A DNA stretch of 61,538 nucleotides, filler included, from Porpidia crustulata (Eukaryota), in NCBI GenBank assembly GCA_964255105.1. It is 11 parts of 11 records of this genome, joined end to end, with 100 filler letters (N's around TTAATTAATTAA, not from the genome) between each part and the next. Parts side by side here need not be neighbours in the genome. Positions count along the whole stretch, not along the records: positions 44,848 to 50,345 come from CAXUWE010001789.1; positions 50,446 to 55,942 come from CAXUWE010001790.1; positions 56,043 to 61,538 come from CAXUWE010001791.1; 8 more parts are not named here. One strand, written 5' to 3'. A program made the translations under genes and the position numbers. Below the pieces are notes generated by a model, which was not told the origin of the DNA, searched no databases, and saw nothing but the letters and a program-made list of their open reading frames with translations. How positions within the stretch are numbered: position 1 is the first letter of the stretch; every line of letters begins with the position of its first letter. This document shows, piece after piece, positions 47,349-61,342 of this stretch.

Positions 47349-50345
47349 ATGCACGCAGCAATTGAGCTCGTAGGAGAAGCAAATATACTGACCATACAGA
47401 CGCTCTTCAAAGTGCTAACCTCAGCATCTTCATCGGACCAGCAACAAGTCAAGACTGGGACACAACAGCTTCAGAACTGGGAAAAGCACCCAGGGTTCTA
47501 CAGTTCCTTGCAAGTCAGGGCTGCTCAGGAATTTTCTTGAAGACTCTGGTAGCTGATATTAAATAGACAATCTTTATAGATACTTCGCTTCCATACGAGG
47601 TTAGATACATCTCTATAATCCAGATCAAAAACGGCATAGACAAATACTGGCGAAAGACTGCTCAAAATGCCATCAGTAAGGATGAAAAAGCTCTCATTCG
47701 TTCTCGATGCCTGGGAAGTGGCGCCAATGAGCCAGCACCTCGTCTTGCGCTACACAATGCCATAGTGGTGGCTAAGATCATAAGATTTGAGTATCCTCAT
47801 GACTGGTAGGCTGTTTTCTTTTCCATGGTTTTGCATTTCAATGACCCACCCTCTACCTCAGGCCAGATGCAATATCTTCTATTATCAATGATCTCCGTTT
47901 GGCTTCTCAAGCTCCTAGAAATCCTTCACATCTTTCGAGAACGCTTCTCATACTTTTACACACTGTCAAAGAGCTTGCAACAGGACGATTGCAACGCACT
48001 AAATTAAATCTACAATCTGCAACACCGGAAATTCTCCAAGTCCTTGGAGATATCTACGTCGGTAGCTTTCACAAATGGAGGACCTTCGTGAGGCAAGGTG
48101 GCAACGACGAGGGCGGTGCTCTTCAAAGTATCGAACAAAGTTTACTCGCTCTACGGGTTCTTCGTAGACTATTAATAGCTGGGTATGACTTTCCTAATCG
48201 GCATACGGAGATGCAGGAATTTTGGAAGATCCTAACCACCCAGCTCGGAGACATGCTTTGGCTTGTTTTGCATGATGCTTCACTACATTCCAACGTAAAG
48301 CAATTAATTGAAAAGCATCTCATACAAATTGCAAAACTCCATCTAGAAATGGCCCGAGCTCATCCTGCTGGCTATGCTCTACTTCCAGGCTCGACTGACC
48401 TGGCTCGTGCGTATTGGGGGCTTATCGTACAATTCGGTGCTAATTTTGGGTCTCGAACGCCTCTTCCGTCTGCGGATATTGGTAGTGATGGTGATGCGGA
48501 TGACGAAACTACATCAGTGATGGAAAAGATCACTCTTAAGGGGCTTCTGCTGTTACGAGCATGTGCTAAGATGGTGTTCAATCCACAGCAGACCTTCAAG
48601 TATCAGCATGCAGAGGACAAAGACGAGAAGCACCGTTCGACAGCTTTGATGAAGGATAATCTTCTGACCGCACAGTTTGTCACTGTCGCAATGGAAACGT
48701 TAGTAACTCGTTTCTTCGTATTCCGGGCACGAGATCTACAGGAGTGGGAAGAACAGCCTGAAGAATGGGAGAGGAGGGAGGAGGGTGAAGATGCATGGGA
48801 ATTCTCCATTAGATCTTGCGCAGAAAAACTATTTCTAGATTTAGTAATCAATCACAAGGACCTATTGTTACAACCGCTTTTGTATGTTTTCCAGAACGTT
48901 GCCAGTAAGATAATTCTGATCAAAGGTGGAGCCTCTGCTGACCCTCACAGATCTGCAGCATACCGATGTTCTAAACAAAGATTCGATTTATGCCGCCATC
49001 GGACTGGCGGCACCCGTCTTGGAGCAGAAATTCGATTTCCAAGCATTCCTGGCTTCGACCTTGGTATTTGAGGTGCAAGCTCAGCACCCCGGCTACAACA
49101 TACTTAGACGACGAATTGCAATCATTCTAGGCCAATGGCTTCCAGTCAAAGAAGGACTTGATCCGTCTCTAGTATACCAAATCTTCCAACATCTGCTAGA
49201 TCCTGATGACCGCCTCAATGATCTGGTCGTCCGTGTCACCGCTGGAAGGCAATTGAACAACATCATAGATTTATTTGACTTTTCCGTGGAAAACTTTGTA
49301 GCCTACGCACCCACCATCCTCGGAAGAGTGATGGAGCTAACCAAGGAGGTGGAGCTGCTTGAGACTAAGATAGCGTTACTAAACACCATTAGTGTGATTG
49401 TGCTTAGGATGGAACATCATGTACGCTTTCAGGACAGGTATCCATGAATCCAGCTAATTCTGATAGATATCGCCATTCTCGGATCAAATCGTTTCGATTT
49501 TGCCTCCCCTTTGGGATCAGGCCGGAGCGGAACACCTAATGAAACAATCAATCCTTTCGATCTTATCTGTCCTTGTGACCTCGATGAAAGAAGATTCTCG
49601 ACGCTACCATCCTCTTATACTCCCTCTCATCCAAACTTCCATGGAGGATTCCTCCGAAAACCGCGCCCACCTGCTTGAGGACACCCTGGATCTCTGGTCC
49701 ATCATCCTTACTCAAACGTCATCCCCAGCTTCCCCCCAGATAATATCTTTAGCCGACAACCTCTTTCCGCTGTTTGAAGTCGCCTCCGATACCCTCCGCA
49801 AAGCCCTTGAAATCACCGAATCCTATATCCTCCTCATTCCAGTCGAGATCCTCGCCAACCCTACTCGCCTCATCGCCCCGCTTGCCGCTCTCCTCGGCAA
49901 CCTCAAACGTGAAGCCAATGGTATAATCACCCATCTCATCGAGCTCCTTATACGCGAAGCCTCCCTCATCGGCGGCCTCGAGGCAGTCGCTCACTTCGCC
50001 ACCTCCCTCATCTCCACCCATCTACTCACAACCATCCTCACTGCCCTCCAATCCGCGCACGCCGCCCACCAAACCACCGGTCCCAATCGCATCACCGCCT
50101 CCATCGACGGCATAGTAGAAACCGACTACCTCTCCGTCCTCGCCCGTCTCGCCCTCACATCTGCGGACCTCTTCGTTTCCGCCATCACCGCCACCGCGCG
50201 CAACCTCGGCGAGGCGTTCGACACCACCATCCACTGGCTCCTCACCGAATGGTTTGCCCACTTCGACAACATCGCCAACCCCGACGCCAAGAAACTCCAC
50301 GCCCTCGCCCTCACCGCCCTCCTAGCCGCCCGCGCGCCCTGGATC
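47349..50345 (+). CDS. KAP120: Importin-11 / Kap120 karyopherin (3' truncated)
   Basis: IELVGEA, QQLQNWE, IQIKNGIDKYWRK, RFEYPHDW, WEEQPEEWE, IRSCAEKLF, LRRRIAIILGQW, DLVVRVTAG; multi-exon. Confidence 0.88.
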
Positions 50346-50445
50346 NNNNNNNNNNNNNNNNNNNNNNNNNNNNNNNNNNNNNNNNNNNNTTAATTAATTA
50401 ANNNNNNNNNNNNNNNNNNNNNNNNNNNNNNNNNNNNNNNNNNNN
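50346..50445. other. Artificial contig-joining spacer
   Basis: N44-TTAATTAATTAA-N44. Confidence 0.98.
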
Positions 50446-53400
50446 CCTTCACCCACGCCGCCACCACGTCCCGGAAGAAGCCCACCTTCGCGCGCAATTG
50501 GTTCGCATCCACCACGTCCCGGAAATCCGTTTCCCCGTAGCGGCCGCTGAGCATGATCGCCGTTGGGTAGCACATGGGCTTGCGGTCGGTTAGGTCTGTA
50601 TTATCGAGCCGGCCGCCGTCGCGCAAACGGCGGGCCGCGGCGACGGTGATGTGGTAGAAGTCGAGCCAGAGGCCGTCGGCAGAGACGACGATCTTGGTGT
50701 GATCGGGGAAGTTGATTTGGAAGGAGCCGGCGGCAAAGGCCCAGATCACGACGTTTCCGACTCGTTGGTGGAAGATGATGAACGGGCTGTGAGGGTCTGC
50801 TTGGGGTTTGATTCGCTTGGCGGCGAGGGCGGGATCGAAGTCTTCGCCGTCGTCGTGGCCGAATTGGTTCGCCATGTAGTTTGCGAATTTGTTCCATAGC
50901 AAGAGTTTTTTCCGCTTTTGGAAGAAGGATTTGCTGTCTCCGGGAGGTAGCTTACCAGGATCGCCATGAGCGTCGACAGGGACTTGGAAAACGTTTGGTT
51001 TGGCAAAGAGGCGTTTAATACCCTCTTCACCGCAATTTTCTAAGAATTGCACCGAAGCACCATTTTTAGCCAGTATCTGGTGCTTTTCGTGGTATCCTTC
51101 GACCTTTCTTAATTTTTGGTGATCCGCAGCGCCAGCGACAACAACACAGCATGGCAAAGATTCCTTATCCCCTGGAAATATGCAGCCGACTGTACCATTT
51201 TCAAGGGTGTAGCCAATGCCGAGTTTATTTGTATAGTCGACCCACTTCATGATAAGAGGACGAGACTGGATGGTTGAATGTCGTTCCTCAGGGGTTTCGG
51301 AACAGAACTCAGTCAAGCCAGGTGGAACTGGCTTATGAGGACTTATCTGAGTCAAACATTTTGTGAGTTCATAGTGAAGATTACGCAGCCGCGAAAGGAC
51401 TTCGTCTGGCTTGGAGCTAGAAACAGTCTCTGGGTATTCTTCAAAACCGATGAGGGTGCCGCCCTGTGTACATGGATCCCATGACTGTGGCTCTGGGCTT
51501 GAGGACGAACTCTGTGATGATTCCTTACTGCTGCCTTGAGATTTCTCACTCGTAGGTTCGCTGCACTCGCTCGGTACACTCAACTCGCTTTGTACTGTGG
51601 ATGCTGGTGACACATGCTTATTGGTTGGTTTAGGAACCTCAATAGGCTGATCTCGTCTATGCGAACTTACGGCATCTTTGTGGTCGTTCGATTCGATTGG
51701 TGCGTTGAGCTCACGCGGTACCACGGACACAGCTTTGTCAGGGCCTCGACGAGCCCTCATAGACCGAATCCTTGGGAGAGGTTCCGAGAATGTATGAACC
51801 ACCCCAAGGTCGTTTCCGAGCCCTGGCCGGCCAGACGCTTCATGGCTGGAGACGGGTTCACTTTCATGTGACCTAGTAACTCGGGATGATCCACCAGAGG
51901 CCTTTCTCGCTGGCAGGTTCCGATCATTCATGGTGGGTTGGACAGATGTAGGCCGTCGCGGATGCGATCCCGCGCTGATTGTAGCTCTCTCCAGATTTGT
52001 GGCTTTGATAGCTGTTCTAGCGCTTGTACCTACGGTGGCGCTCTCGTTGCTCGCTAAAGTCATACGTACCGGACGTCCATTGGTGGCAGAAGATGTGTCA
52101 ATAGCAGTTCCACGTTGGAGACCAGAAGGCCCAGGTTGGGCATGAGCAGCACGAAGTGTGGCTGCATGGCTTGGAACAGTCCCGCGCCTTATGGGAATAC
52201 TTGGTATCGGTCGACTGATTTCCACAGCTGTTTCCGTTCGTGCTTCATCACGAGTCACGGACAAGCCGGAAATGAATCCTTGAGGTCCTGCTGGATCCTT
52301 TGAGACAGGATTTGAAGCGTACACCATGTCCATCGGCAACGGCACGATAGGGTAAGTCTTGTCGTGCTCCTCTTGCAGGCATTCCTTGTAAAGTGACAGG
52401 TGAACATCTTCGCCAACAACATCGAAAAGCGAAACGCCGCACATCTTGGCGAATACTTCCACTCGATAGCAAGGTGTACGTGGAAGCATGGTATCCCCAC
52501 GAGGTGACTCAGAACTCAACCAATCAGGTTTTCTTTCCCGACAATGTTCCCCTAGTACTTTAGGTATGCCTCTTCCACCGTGCATCAGGAAAAATCGATC
52601 GCTCGCGATCTCACCAACATCGGGACGAGCTTCTGCATCCAGATTTAAAAGCTTTGCAACAAGGTTCTTTGCCTCGAGCGGAATGTCGTTGTGGCAAGCT
52701 TCATCTGTTGGCCATGAGTAGTCAACTTCCCTGGCTTTACGATATATTTCGCTGGGAGAACTTGACTGAAATGGTGGGAAGCCGGTAATCATTGCGAACC
52801 TGGTTAGTTTAGCTGAGCCACAGTGTATTTACGAGTCATAAACCGTTTCTTTTCTTACACTATAATGCCAATAGCCCAGATATCGACTTTGTGATCATGC
52901 CCTTTCTTCGCTTTTTCCAAAATCTCGGGGGCGATGTAGTTTGGAGTGCCACAAAGAGTATTTCTCCTATCAAACCCGTTGGCAATATCTTGGTATTCCC
53001 GTGGCGATACTAAGATGGCGGCCAGTCCAAAGTCGCCGACTTTTAGATCCATCCGACTGTCCAAAAAGAGATTCCCCATCTTGAGGTCACGATGTAAGAC
53101 GTTCCGCGCGTGCATGTACCTTACAGCCCCGCAGAGCTGAAGCGTGATACGCCGAACTTCTGGTAGGCTCAAGCATTTTCTCTTTTTAACCATATCCATG
53201 ACTGTGCCGTTCGAGCAAAGTTCGAGGACCACATAGGTACTCTCCTTGAATGTAAAAGCGCGGTGGAATTCGACTATGCTAGGATGATGTAGCTTAGCAT
53301 GTATCTGGAGTTCTGTCCGGAACTGGAAGATGACGATCAGTTGCTCGTTCTGTAACAGGTTCTGTTGGAGTTTAAAAGTACCTTCTCCTCCATTTTGCTC

Positions 53401-53750
53401 TGATTCATCTTCGCCTTAACAATCTTTAGCGCATATTTTGTACCACGTCTATTCCGTCGCTCTAGTAGCTCTGCTTCGTGGCAGATAGCGAAGCCTCCTT
53501 TGCCAAGGTATTTCCCCATTTTGTACGGCACCGATAGCGTGCCATCCTTCCCTGGCGGTTGTATGACCAACTCTCCTTCTGCTGGATGAGATGCAAAATC
53601 TTTAGCCTTAATTTTCTTTGCTTCCGCATCTGCCACGACCTTGCTTGCACGAGCCCTCGCTGCCTTTCCGGCTAAGTCAACAGAGTCTTTACTCTTGACT
53701 GGCTTCGACCTGACCTGGATGTTGGTCGATCGAGGCGATAGAGCTTCCAT
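50446..53750 (-). CDS. CDC5: Polo-like kinase (3' end slightly truncated)
   Basis: MEALSPRSTN, LGKGGFAIC, HRDLKMGN, DFGLA, CGTPNYIAPE; polo boxes KWVDYTNKLGIGY and FQINFPDHTK; two introns. Confidence 0.94.
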
Positions 53751-54522
53751 GGTGAGGTACCTGGGCTATCTATCGTACCTGGGAGGGTAGTAATAGATAC
53801 TGTTCCGGTACCATTGGTGGTGAGGTAATACGGAAGATCCGCTGCTAGTATCTCGAGATTCAACACGAGAAAGTGGTGGTTTAGTAAACACCATTCTGGC
53901 TATCCGACCGGGTTGCTACCCGGACTGCGCTCGTAAGATTGTAACCTTTTATGGTTAGCTTCGGTCAAGGAGAACGTCGCGACCCGACCATGGTAGAATT
54001 TGCAACGCAGACCTGATGATCACGAGGCTCCAATACCGTACCGAATATTAGTGTTTGATGTAGTCTTCTTGATCTACTGTGACTTATGTATTTGATCAAG
54101 ACTTGATAGCGACGTTGACGTTGTACATAGGTGCCGATTAGGCAGTGATCTGATTGGGCTTCCCTGCAAGTGCCATTATCGGTTTTTCCACATACCGGTC
54201 TTACATGTACTACCTACCGTTACGGTTGCTACATGATACCCTTGCCCAAGCGAATACTTGGAAAGGCAGATTCTGTCTCTGCGGTGCCAGGTCTCAAGCT
54301 TCTGAGGCTGTGCGGGTAGAAATTGACTTCGGCCGTAGGTGATGCCTGGAGACTGACACAAGTCCAGCATGGAGACCCAACGAAACGTACAGCAAAGCCA
54401 TTGAAAAGCCCCAACCGCAACGACCTGAATATGAGTATCGACAACATCTTTCCCGATCCAAAGGCTCGTTGCATTTTCCTCAGCGTAGACGACAAACGGT
54501 GCATCCTTGAATTCTGTGAGCC

Positions 54523-55539
54523 ATGTCAAGCCTATTCCTAAAACTCGGATCCCTCGTAATCAAAACACTCTCGAAGCCGATTGCTGTTTGTTTCCCCCGC
54601 TTACGAGTATGGTAGATGCTGAAAGAGATTTAGAGCCGAATCAAAGCCCAAGCCCGGGAACACGAGGCATTCAGGCGACGATGCGTACAGATCGCGCAAG
54701 GAATCCATCGATGGGATATGCGATTCAAGCTTGGGCTATTGCAAGACCACGCAGCCATAGAGAAGCAGACTGCTCGCGAGGCTGCGGAACACCTGGCGAG
54801 GAAGCAAAAGCTCGAGACACCGACGGTGAAAACGGAAGCTCAGGCGAAAGCCGATGAAGCACACGCAGCGAAAGATAAAGAGAAGGGTCTGGAGAAAGTG
54901 AAACCTCCACCAGCAACAAAGCCGAGAATAAGACCACTTTCGGAAGCCAAGGCCATCGATGCCGGTGCCAACTTTGTCTCCGAGAGCTTCTTGCTTGCGA
55001 TTGGGGTGGGTCTGATATTGTTCGAGAACTGGCGGAGAGGAGAGAAGGAGACATCCAGAAGGGAAGACATCAATGAGAAGATACGTGAGCTCGAAGGTAG
55101 CGAAAAATCCGGAAGAAAGGCATTGGTGGAGTTGGAGAAGGAGATACTGAGGTTGAGGGGGGAAAACGTCAAGGACGGGTCAGCCAAAATAAGGATTTTA
55201 CCGAAAGAAGTGTGGACATTGGAGGAAGAGGAAGAAAGCTCAGAGGAGAAACAGTCGCCAAAATGGCTGTCTTGGATTCGAGGCCTCGGGCGAAGAGGCC
55301 TTTCAGACGATTCTATAAACACCAAAGACCAGACCCCACAGCGGCAGAAACCTGCGGATGCAGCCGATCAGCCGACAATTCACGAGAGCACCCAAAATGG
55401 CGTTTTGGGTCCTAAGCGCATGGTGTGGCCTTTGAATTCGATCGTGGAGCCTTCGGAGAGCCCAAATGAACCTGGGGCGGAAGTAAAACCAGCTCAGACG
55501 CATTATTCATCTACCCTGCCAATAAAGAAAACATCTTGA
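54523..55539 (+). CDS. OPA3: OPA3-like mitochondrial protein
   Basis: MSSLFLKLGSLVIKTLSKPIA|SRIKAQAREH..DMRFKLGLL..RPLSEAKAIDAGANFVSESFL; intron 54586-54633. Confidence 0.9.
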
Positions 55540-55942
55540 TCAGGGAAGCCATCGATAACGCCAACCGTGCCCTCGAATCGAATCCATTGAACTAAGTAGT
55601 TGTATAAGTTGTGTATAGTAAAGACTCTATATACCTGGGAAAAGGCGTTGGGAGTATTAAAGGCGAAAATACCCAGGACGAGGATCCTCAACTCATTGCT
55701 GTATCGTATCTACTATCATACCTTTCTCTCAACCCAATAAAAAGCTATTCAACTCTTACCCGAGAAATTCCATTTTCAAATTCTCCCCTATCTCGTATCC
55801 TGCCTCCGCCATCTCCACCAACCTCGGCCGCAACTCTCTCATCGTCGTCTTAAAAATCCCACTCTTCCACTCTTCCACTTAATTCTCACACAAAACACCT
55901 CCCTACCCACCGACTAACCAAACCACAAACCATGTTCTGCAC

Positions 55943-56042
55943 NNNNNNNNNNNNNNNNNNNNNNNNNNNNNNNNNNNNNNNNNNNNTTAATTAATTAANN
56001 NNNNNNNNNNNNNNNNNNNNNNNNNNNNNNNNNNNNNNNNNN
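55943..56042. other. Artificial contig-joining spacer
   Basis: N44-TTAATTAATTAA-N44. Confidence 0.98.
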
Positions 56043-56599
56043 GGAATGGGGTTGCGCCTTCCTTTTTGATGGCGGGGAAATGTCTAGAAAATGTTGTAGA
56101 TGATTGCACATCCATCCTCATGTTCTCCATGTCATCGCTGCCATTGAACCCAGATCTCGGACCCGGAAAACCACTGATCCCCCGGGTCTCGCTAACTTGA
56201 GACGGATGGGCTTCGCGAGCGCGATGTCGGTCTGTGGAGGAAGTCGAGGGGAAGACGGGGTTTTCGGGGAAGAGGGATATTGCGTGATCGAGGGATTACT
56301 TGGTACGCCATTGGCACGTATTTCAGCTCAAGCATCACGGTGAAAACCATCTCGACGGCCACGACGCACAGAGGCCCGCGCCGAGGACATCACGGCATGC
56401 AATGATATCGTTCAAATGTATTCAGCCACCATCGAAATTAGCGACACTAATTACATGGAAATTAAGAAATCGTCAGCTCGGACATCTTGGTAAATGCCTC
56501 GAAGCCTGCGTCAAGCACAAATCAGACCGCCGCACCGCGTGCAATGGGATATCTCTAAAATATATGTATACGAATCCCATAACCGTCATGAACTCCACA

Positions 56600-58487
56600 T
56601 CAATGCTTGGGGGATCGTAAATAGGCACCTTGGTCCACCATCCGTCCTGCCAGGGCAAGGACCGATAGAGGGTCCGGATGGGACATGGGGAAGCACTCGC
56701 TGCGGTAGTCGTCGTCGAGAGAATATGAACCGGAAGCACTCTCCGCTGATACGTGATAGTCATACTTCAATCTTTTCCTTGATGATGGACGGCCGTGCTG
56801 TGGCAGCTCGGCAGGGAAAAGGGGTCCATTCTGAAGCACGGACCGATGAGGCCGATGTACACGCAAGGATCCCTGCGCATGGTCCCGAAGTTCCTGGCTC
56901 GAGTCCGGCGAGATGCTGGTAAGTGCCATTTCCTTGAGAGACTTTCTCTCATGAGGTATATCTTCAGCGACACATCTAGTATTAGCGGGGGTGTTGAGAG
57001 GGTGGCGGTTGGTCTTTTTGGAAGGAGATGTTATACGGCAACGGAAGTTGAAGAGATTCAAATGTACCTGATGAGGACGACCCGAATGGAGAAAAGGAAG
57101 CATGACCATGTGTCGAATCTGATTGGCCACCATGGGATGAGTAACGTGACTGGCCACCAGGTTCTCCGTACGGCACATTAGTGATGTTCTTGAACTCCAA
57201 AGTCGAAAGCGGCGGTAACGACCTAAGAGACTTTGAATCCTCTACCGAATTGTAAGAGGATGGGGCGGAACTCTCGCGTGACAGATCGGAAGACCTCAAG
57301 GACGATTTCGAAGAAGCTGTATCCTGCTGCGAGACGCGGTTGGAGGGTCGGAAGCTCCCGCGGGGGCTACTTTGCTCTTGGGCGGCCATATCAGTGAAAG
57401 TGCCCGGTGACGCTCTACTAGGGTCAAGGGGAATGATCCGGGGGAATAGCTGGCCTTTGGTAGCGTCCGAAAATCGCTCTGCATTTTCCAGAGAGGACGG
57501 GAAACCATGGGCAAAGTGGAAAAGATCTCTGCCGCCTGCTGACGACGACGGGGACAGCAGCGCAGGTGTCGGTGCTCCAAACACAGAGTTTAGGTCTCCG
57601 AGTGGACCGATTGGCGCAACGTGCGAAAAGTCATCGGGCGATGGATGACCGCCACTTGGTGCTGAGGTGGAATGCGTATCCACCGAGCCCACTGAGCCAA
57701 TCCTGCGCCGGCCTACAACAGTATTACTAGAGAACGAGCTTACAAGGTCGTGCTGGCTTTCCGCGCTTTCGCTACTTGCTACACTGGGGACCTTCACGAG
57801 CTTCGGTCGTTTACCATCTGTAATCGTTAGCTTATGTTTTGAGGAACCCTCCAAGCGATGCGACCCCGCCTAGGGACTTGTACCTGGGTTAGAAGAATTC
57901 TTTAGCTTGAACTCGGTCAGATATTCAGCATACTCTTGATAGTGGTCTGTTTTCTTGTACTTGACCAATTCCGCATGGAAGATTTCCTTCGCCGCCGAAG
58001 CTTGCGATTCATATGGCTCTTTCTGCTCTGGCGGCAGGGATTGCCAACTTTCCCCGACACGCTTTGCGATTTCTGTGAACGATAGATTTCGCGGTTTTAA
58101 TTCTTCCCGGATCTCTGCGGATCATGTTAGTGTACTCGGGCACAAATATTGGGACTACGAGACGTACTATTTGAGAAAAGCACATATGCGGATGGTGGTC
58201 TATCTGGAGCATTCTCATCAACCTAGATAGCACATTGCAATCAGCCAACTGCGCGCAATCATCAAATACAACGACTGCTATCGACTCACCTTCGGATGCC
58301 GCCTGTACTTTCTCTTTCCGTTAGTCCGAGCAGATAATTTGCTATCGGTTGGGTTGGAATGGGGAATGTCGTCTATTCCTCGATGTCGACTATCTTCCTG
58401 GGGTGATGATCTTGTCGGGGATTGAAGATCATTCCCCTGATCGAAGCCCCGAGCGCTTGCTATTTCACGTTGCAGCCGCTGATCCAT
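56600..58487 (-). CDS. HMG-box transcription factor (multi-exon)
   Basis: KRKYRRHPK|VDENAPDRPPSAYVLFSN|KIREELK..LSFTEIAKRVGESWQSL..YKKT; S/P-rich tail; terminal DPLSVLALAGRMVD. The last intron is uncertain. Confidence 0.85.
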
Positions 58488-60081
58488 TTTAGTATTATGC
58501 TATAAAGATGTTGATGGACAGTGAAAAGATGACTAACTCTTCGATGACCAAGCTTTACTCCCAAGGCCTCGCTAATGTTTGATTAGTCGAGAAGAAGGCG
58601 ACAGCAGAATGATTCATCTCCTACAGGTCCGACTCTGTGATATCCAATATTGTCTCCCATGTTTCAAAACCTTGTTCGACAAACTTATCAATATATTGCG
58701 TCAGGCCTAACCGTGCCAGTATTGGGGCCGAAGCCGTCATCCACGCCGTACAAGAACAGACTTTTGATATACTCCGGTATAAGTCCAATAGCTCCTTAGA
58801 GTGATCTCACACGCCAAAGGCCTTTTCGCCGTTATTGGTAGATATTTGTGGCGACCCATATATCGCAGTATTGGAAAATAGTCTCGAGTATGCTGCAAAC
58901 TCTTCAAGAAAGTACACTTGAAAGGAAACCGTTATCCTTGTTGTTGATTGAATTCTTGAGCAGTCGATATTCAACGCGAGATCGTACTTCGCCCTGCTTG
59001 TGGATCTCCCGTAGATCTGCCAACGCCAACTGACTTGAGATTGGGGAATAAAGCCGACGCTTTGGCTATGAACACTCTAGATTAACGGTGCTATCCAGCG
59101 ATAACGATCGAAGATTTCAAAACCGCGGGACCTAATGATCTGGTAAGATCCTCACCAATCAGCAAACCCTGGTTCTTTTGGTGCAATCGGCAATATCAAG
59201 ATAACCCACTCAGAGCACTACTGTCTGGCCGACTTGTAAAAACTCCTGTTCTGTTGCAGTACGGTAATGGTCGTGCAGTGATGCAGAACTTGAGCAACAC
59301 TAAATGCAGTGCAATGATGGACGCAACGAACAGTGCAACGCTTTACCGACAATGTGGTGATAGTTTGGTAGGATCAAGGTCGCCGATAGGCGAAGGTCGC
59401 TGGGCTCAGATACTGTAGGTGTCTGTAATTTCCAAGACTGGGACATAACTTGAGAGCCGCGTTTGTTCCCAACGTTTGGATGGAAAAGCGTGACGAATTG
59501 AGTACCTAGTGTGACAAGAGGAGACGATAGGACGGTGGCAAAAGGATTGATGAGATTGAACAGATCGATGATATGAAGCGTCGATGGAAGGGAAGACCGT
59601 TTGGCATCGGAAATGGCCTAGTAGAGTACCGCTGTAGGCTGACAATTGCCATTCACAAACAGCATGCAAAGAGCGGAAAGAAAGCAGCTCCGAAGGCATA
59701 ATGAAGGACATCAGACCACCAGGGGGGGGAGACGGCAATCGCAGATTGTTCGAATTGCTTGGGAACGCGAACAGGGTCGTTGCAACGTATGTGGTTTTCA
59801 CATCGACATCGACGATGGGAAATCGAAGATCGCGAAGGAAAATGGTCGGAGGGCAAAATGAGAGAAAAAGATTATTTGCAGACGTCAATCTAAGATCGAT
59901 CTCGATCGGAGACCAGGATGATGATTGGCTGCGGTGGGATAAATCACTTCGAGTAGGCAGAGTAGTCGGTAGTGAATGCCTCTAGCAAGGTCACTAGGTA
60001 GCGTGAAAGCTAGTATAGCAGCGTACTATGTAGGTAATTATTGTTTGTAAGGGATACCGAATAATAACTTACGCAGTACCG

Positions 60082-60119
60082 CTCTCAGGGTCCAAGTCCC
60101 TGGCCTTGGACCCTGAGAG
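60082..60119. repeat. Perfect 15-bp inverted repeat (hairpin, 8-nt loop)
   Basis: ctctcagggtccaag (60082-60096) pairs with cttggaccctgagag (60105-60119). Confidence 0.9.
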
Positions 60120-60122
60120 GGG

Positions 60123-60142
60123 GAGAGAGAGAGAGAGAGAGA
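60123..60142 (+). repeat. (GA)10 microsatellite
   Basis: Directly visible. Confidence 0.9.
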
Positions 60143-61317
60143 AATCAACGATTGAGCAGGGACAGAACGTGGTAATCATATACAGTGATGATACCAAAAT
60201 AACACGGTAATTTATTCATGCGATTTCACGATGCAATACTGAAACCTCGATTTCCCTCTCCCGTCAGACCCTGCGTCAATCCGGCTATCCACCCACCCAC
60301 CGTGATGGCCATTATCTGTTTCTCACAACGTACTTACTATGTACAACCATCACCCATGAAGCATCCGAGTGCATGCGGACCCTGCCCGTTCTCTGTCGTC
60401 ACAGGGTCCACCTCCTTGATGCCAATTGTGCGCAGAAGGCTACCATGGCATCCTGCGGTCAATGCGCCTTTTATTTCGTCTGAGCATCTTAATAAACAAG
60501 AACGGAATGATGACCGATGAGTGGCGACTGGTGAGACAGTGAGATGGTGATACCTGTCCACGCCAAGTAGCCTGCCGTGCCGTGACCTACCTATCTACCT
60601 AAATTATATAGACCCTACCTTTCCATACCGGTCCAGGGAAAATGGAAGTGTTTCGGGTGTATATCAGCGACATCCTTGGATTCTCACAATGTCGCAGGCA
60701 TGAGCAAGCCTTGTGGGGCCCGCCGACGCTGCTTCTTTGACCTCGCGTCTTGCCTACTCGTACCACCATCGCCACATCCCATCAAAATATGAATCAGTGC
60801 AGATCAGGGTCTTCTTGAGTTTGCCACAAAGGCTGTTGAGTCCATCGGATCCCTTCACATGTTGGCTATCCGTGTGTGAGAACCGACAAGATAAGGTCAT
60901 GGGAATGTTCGACCTTTCGGTGCCGGTTCATCAAATCGTTCGATCTTGCACTCTGATTTTACACAACGGGACAAAGTACCCAACGCCTCTTGACACGAAG
61001 GACGGCCGACCCTGAGCGGCTAGGAAGTATATTGCAGGGCACACTGCAGCACGAAGAAGATACCGAGACGAGTATGAGTAATCTAAATAATTTATAATGC
61101 CATCATAAGGTACCTATCCAGGCTATCCTAATAAGATAATCTCGATGTCGAGCGTGTAACAGTCACGGTGGCTCATTGCAAAGCCACAAAACTTCGAAAA
61201 TTCTAGACTTCTAGAATTCGTATACTGCAACGATACAGCAAAGCTAAGTAAGGTAAATTTGCAGGTAGCTGTTATATATTACCTTACTCTAGGTATATGG
61301 ATTCCATACACCGTTTC

Positions 61318-61342
61318 AGGTAAGGTAAGGTAAGGTAAGGTA
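61318..61342 (+). repeat. (AGGTA)5 microsatellite
   Basis: Directly visible. Confidence 0.9.
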
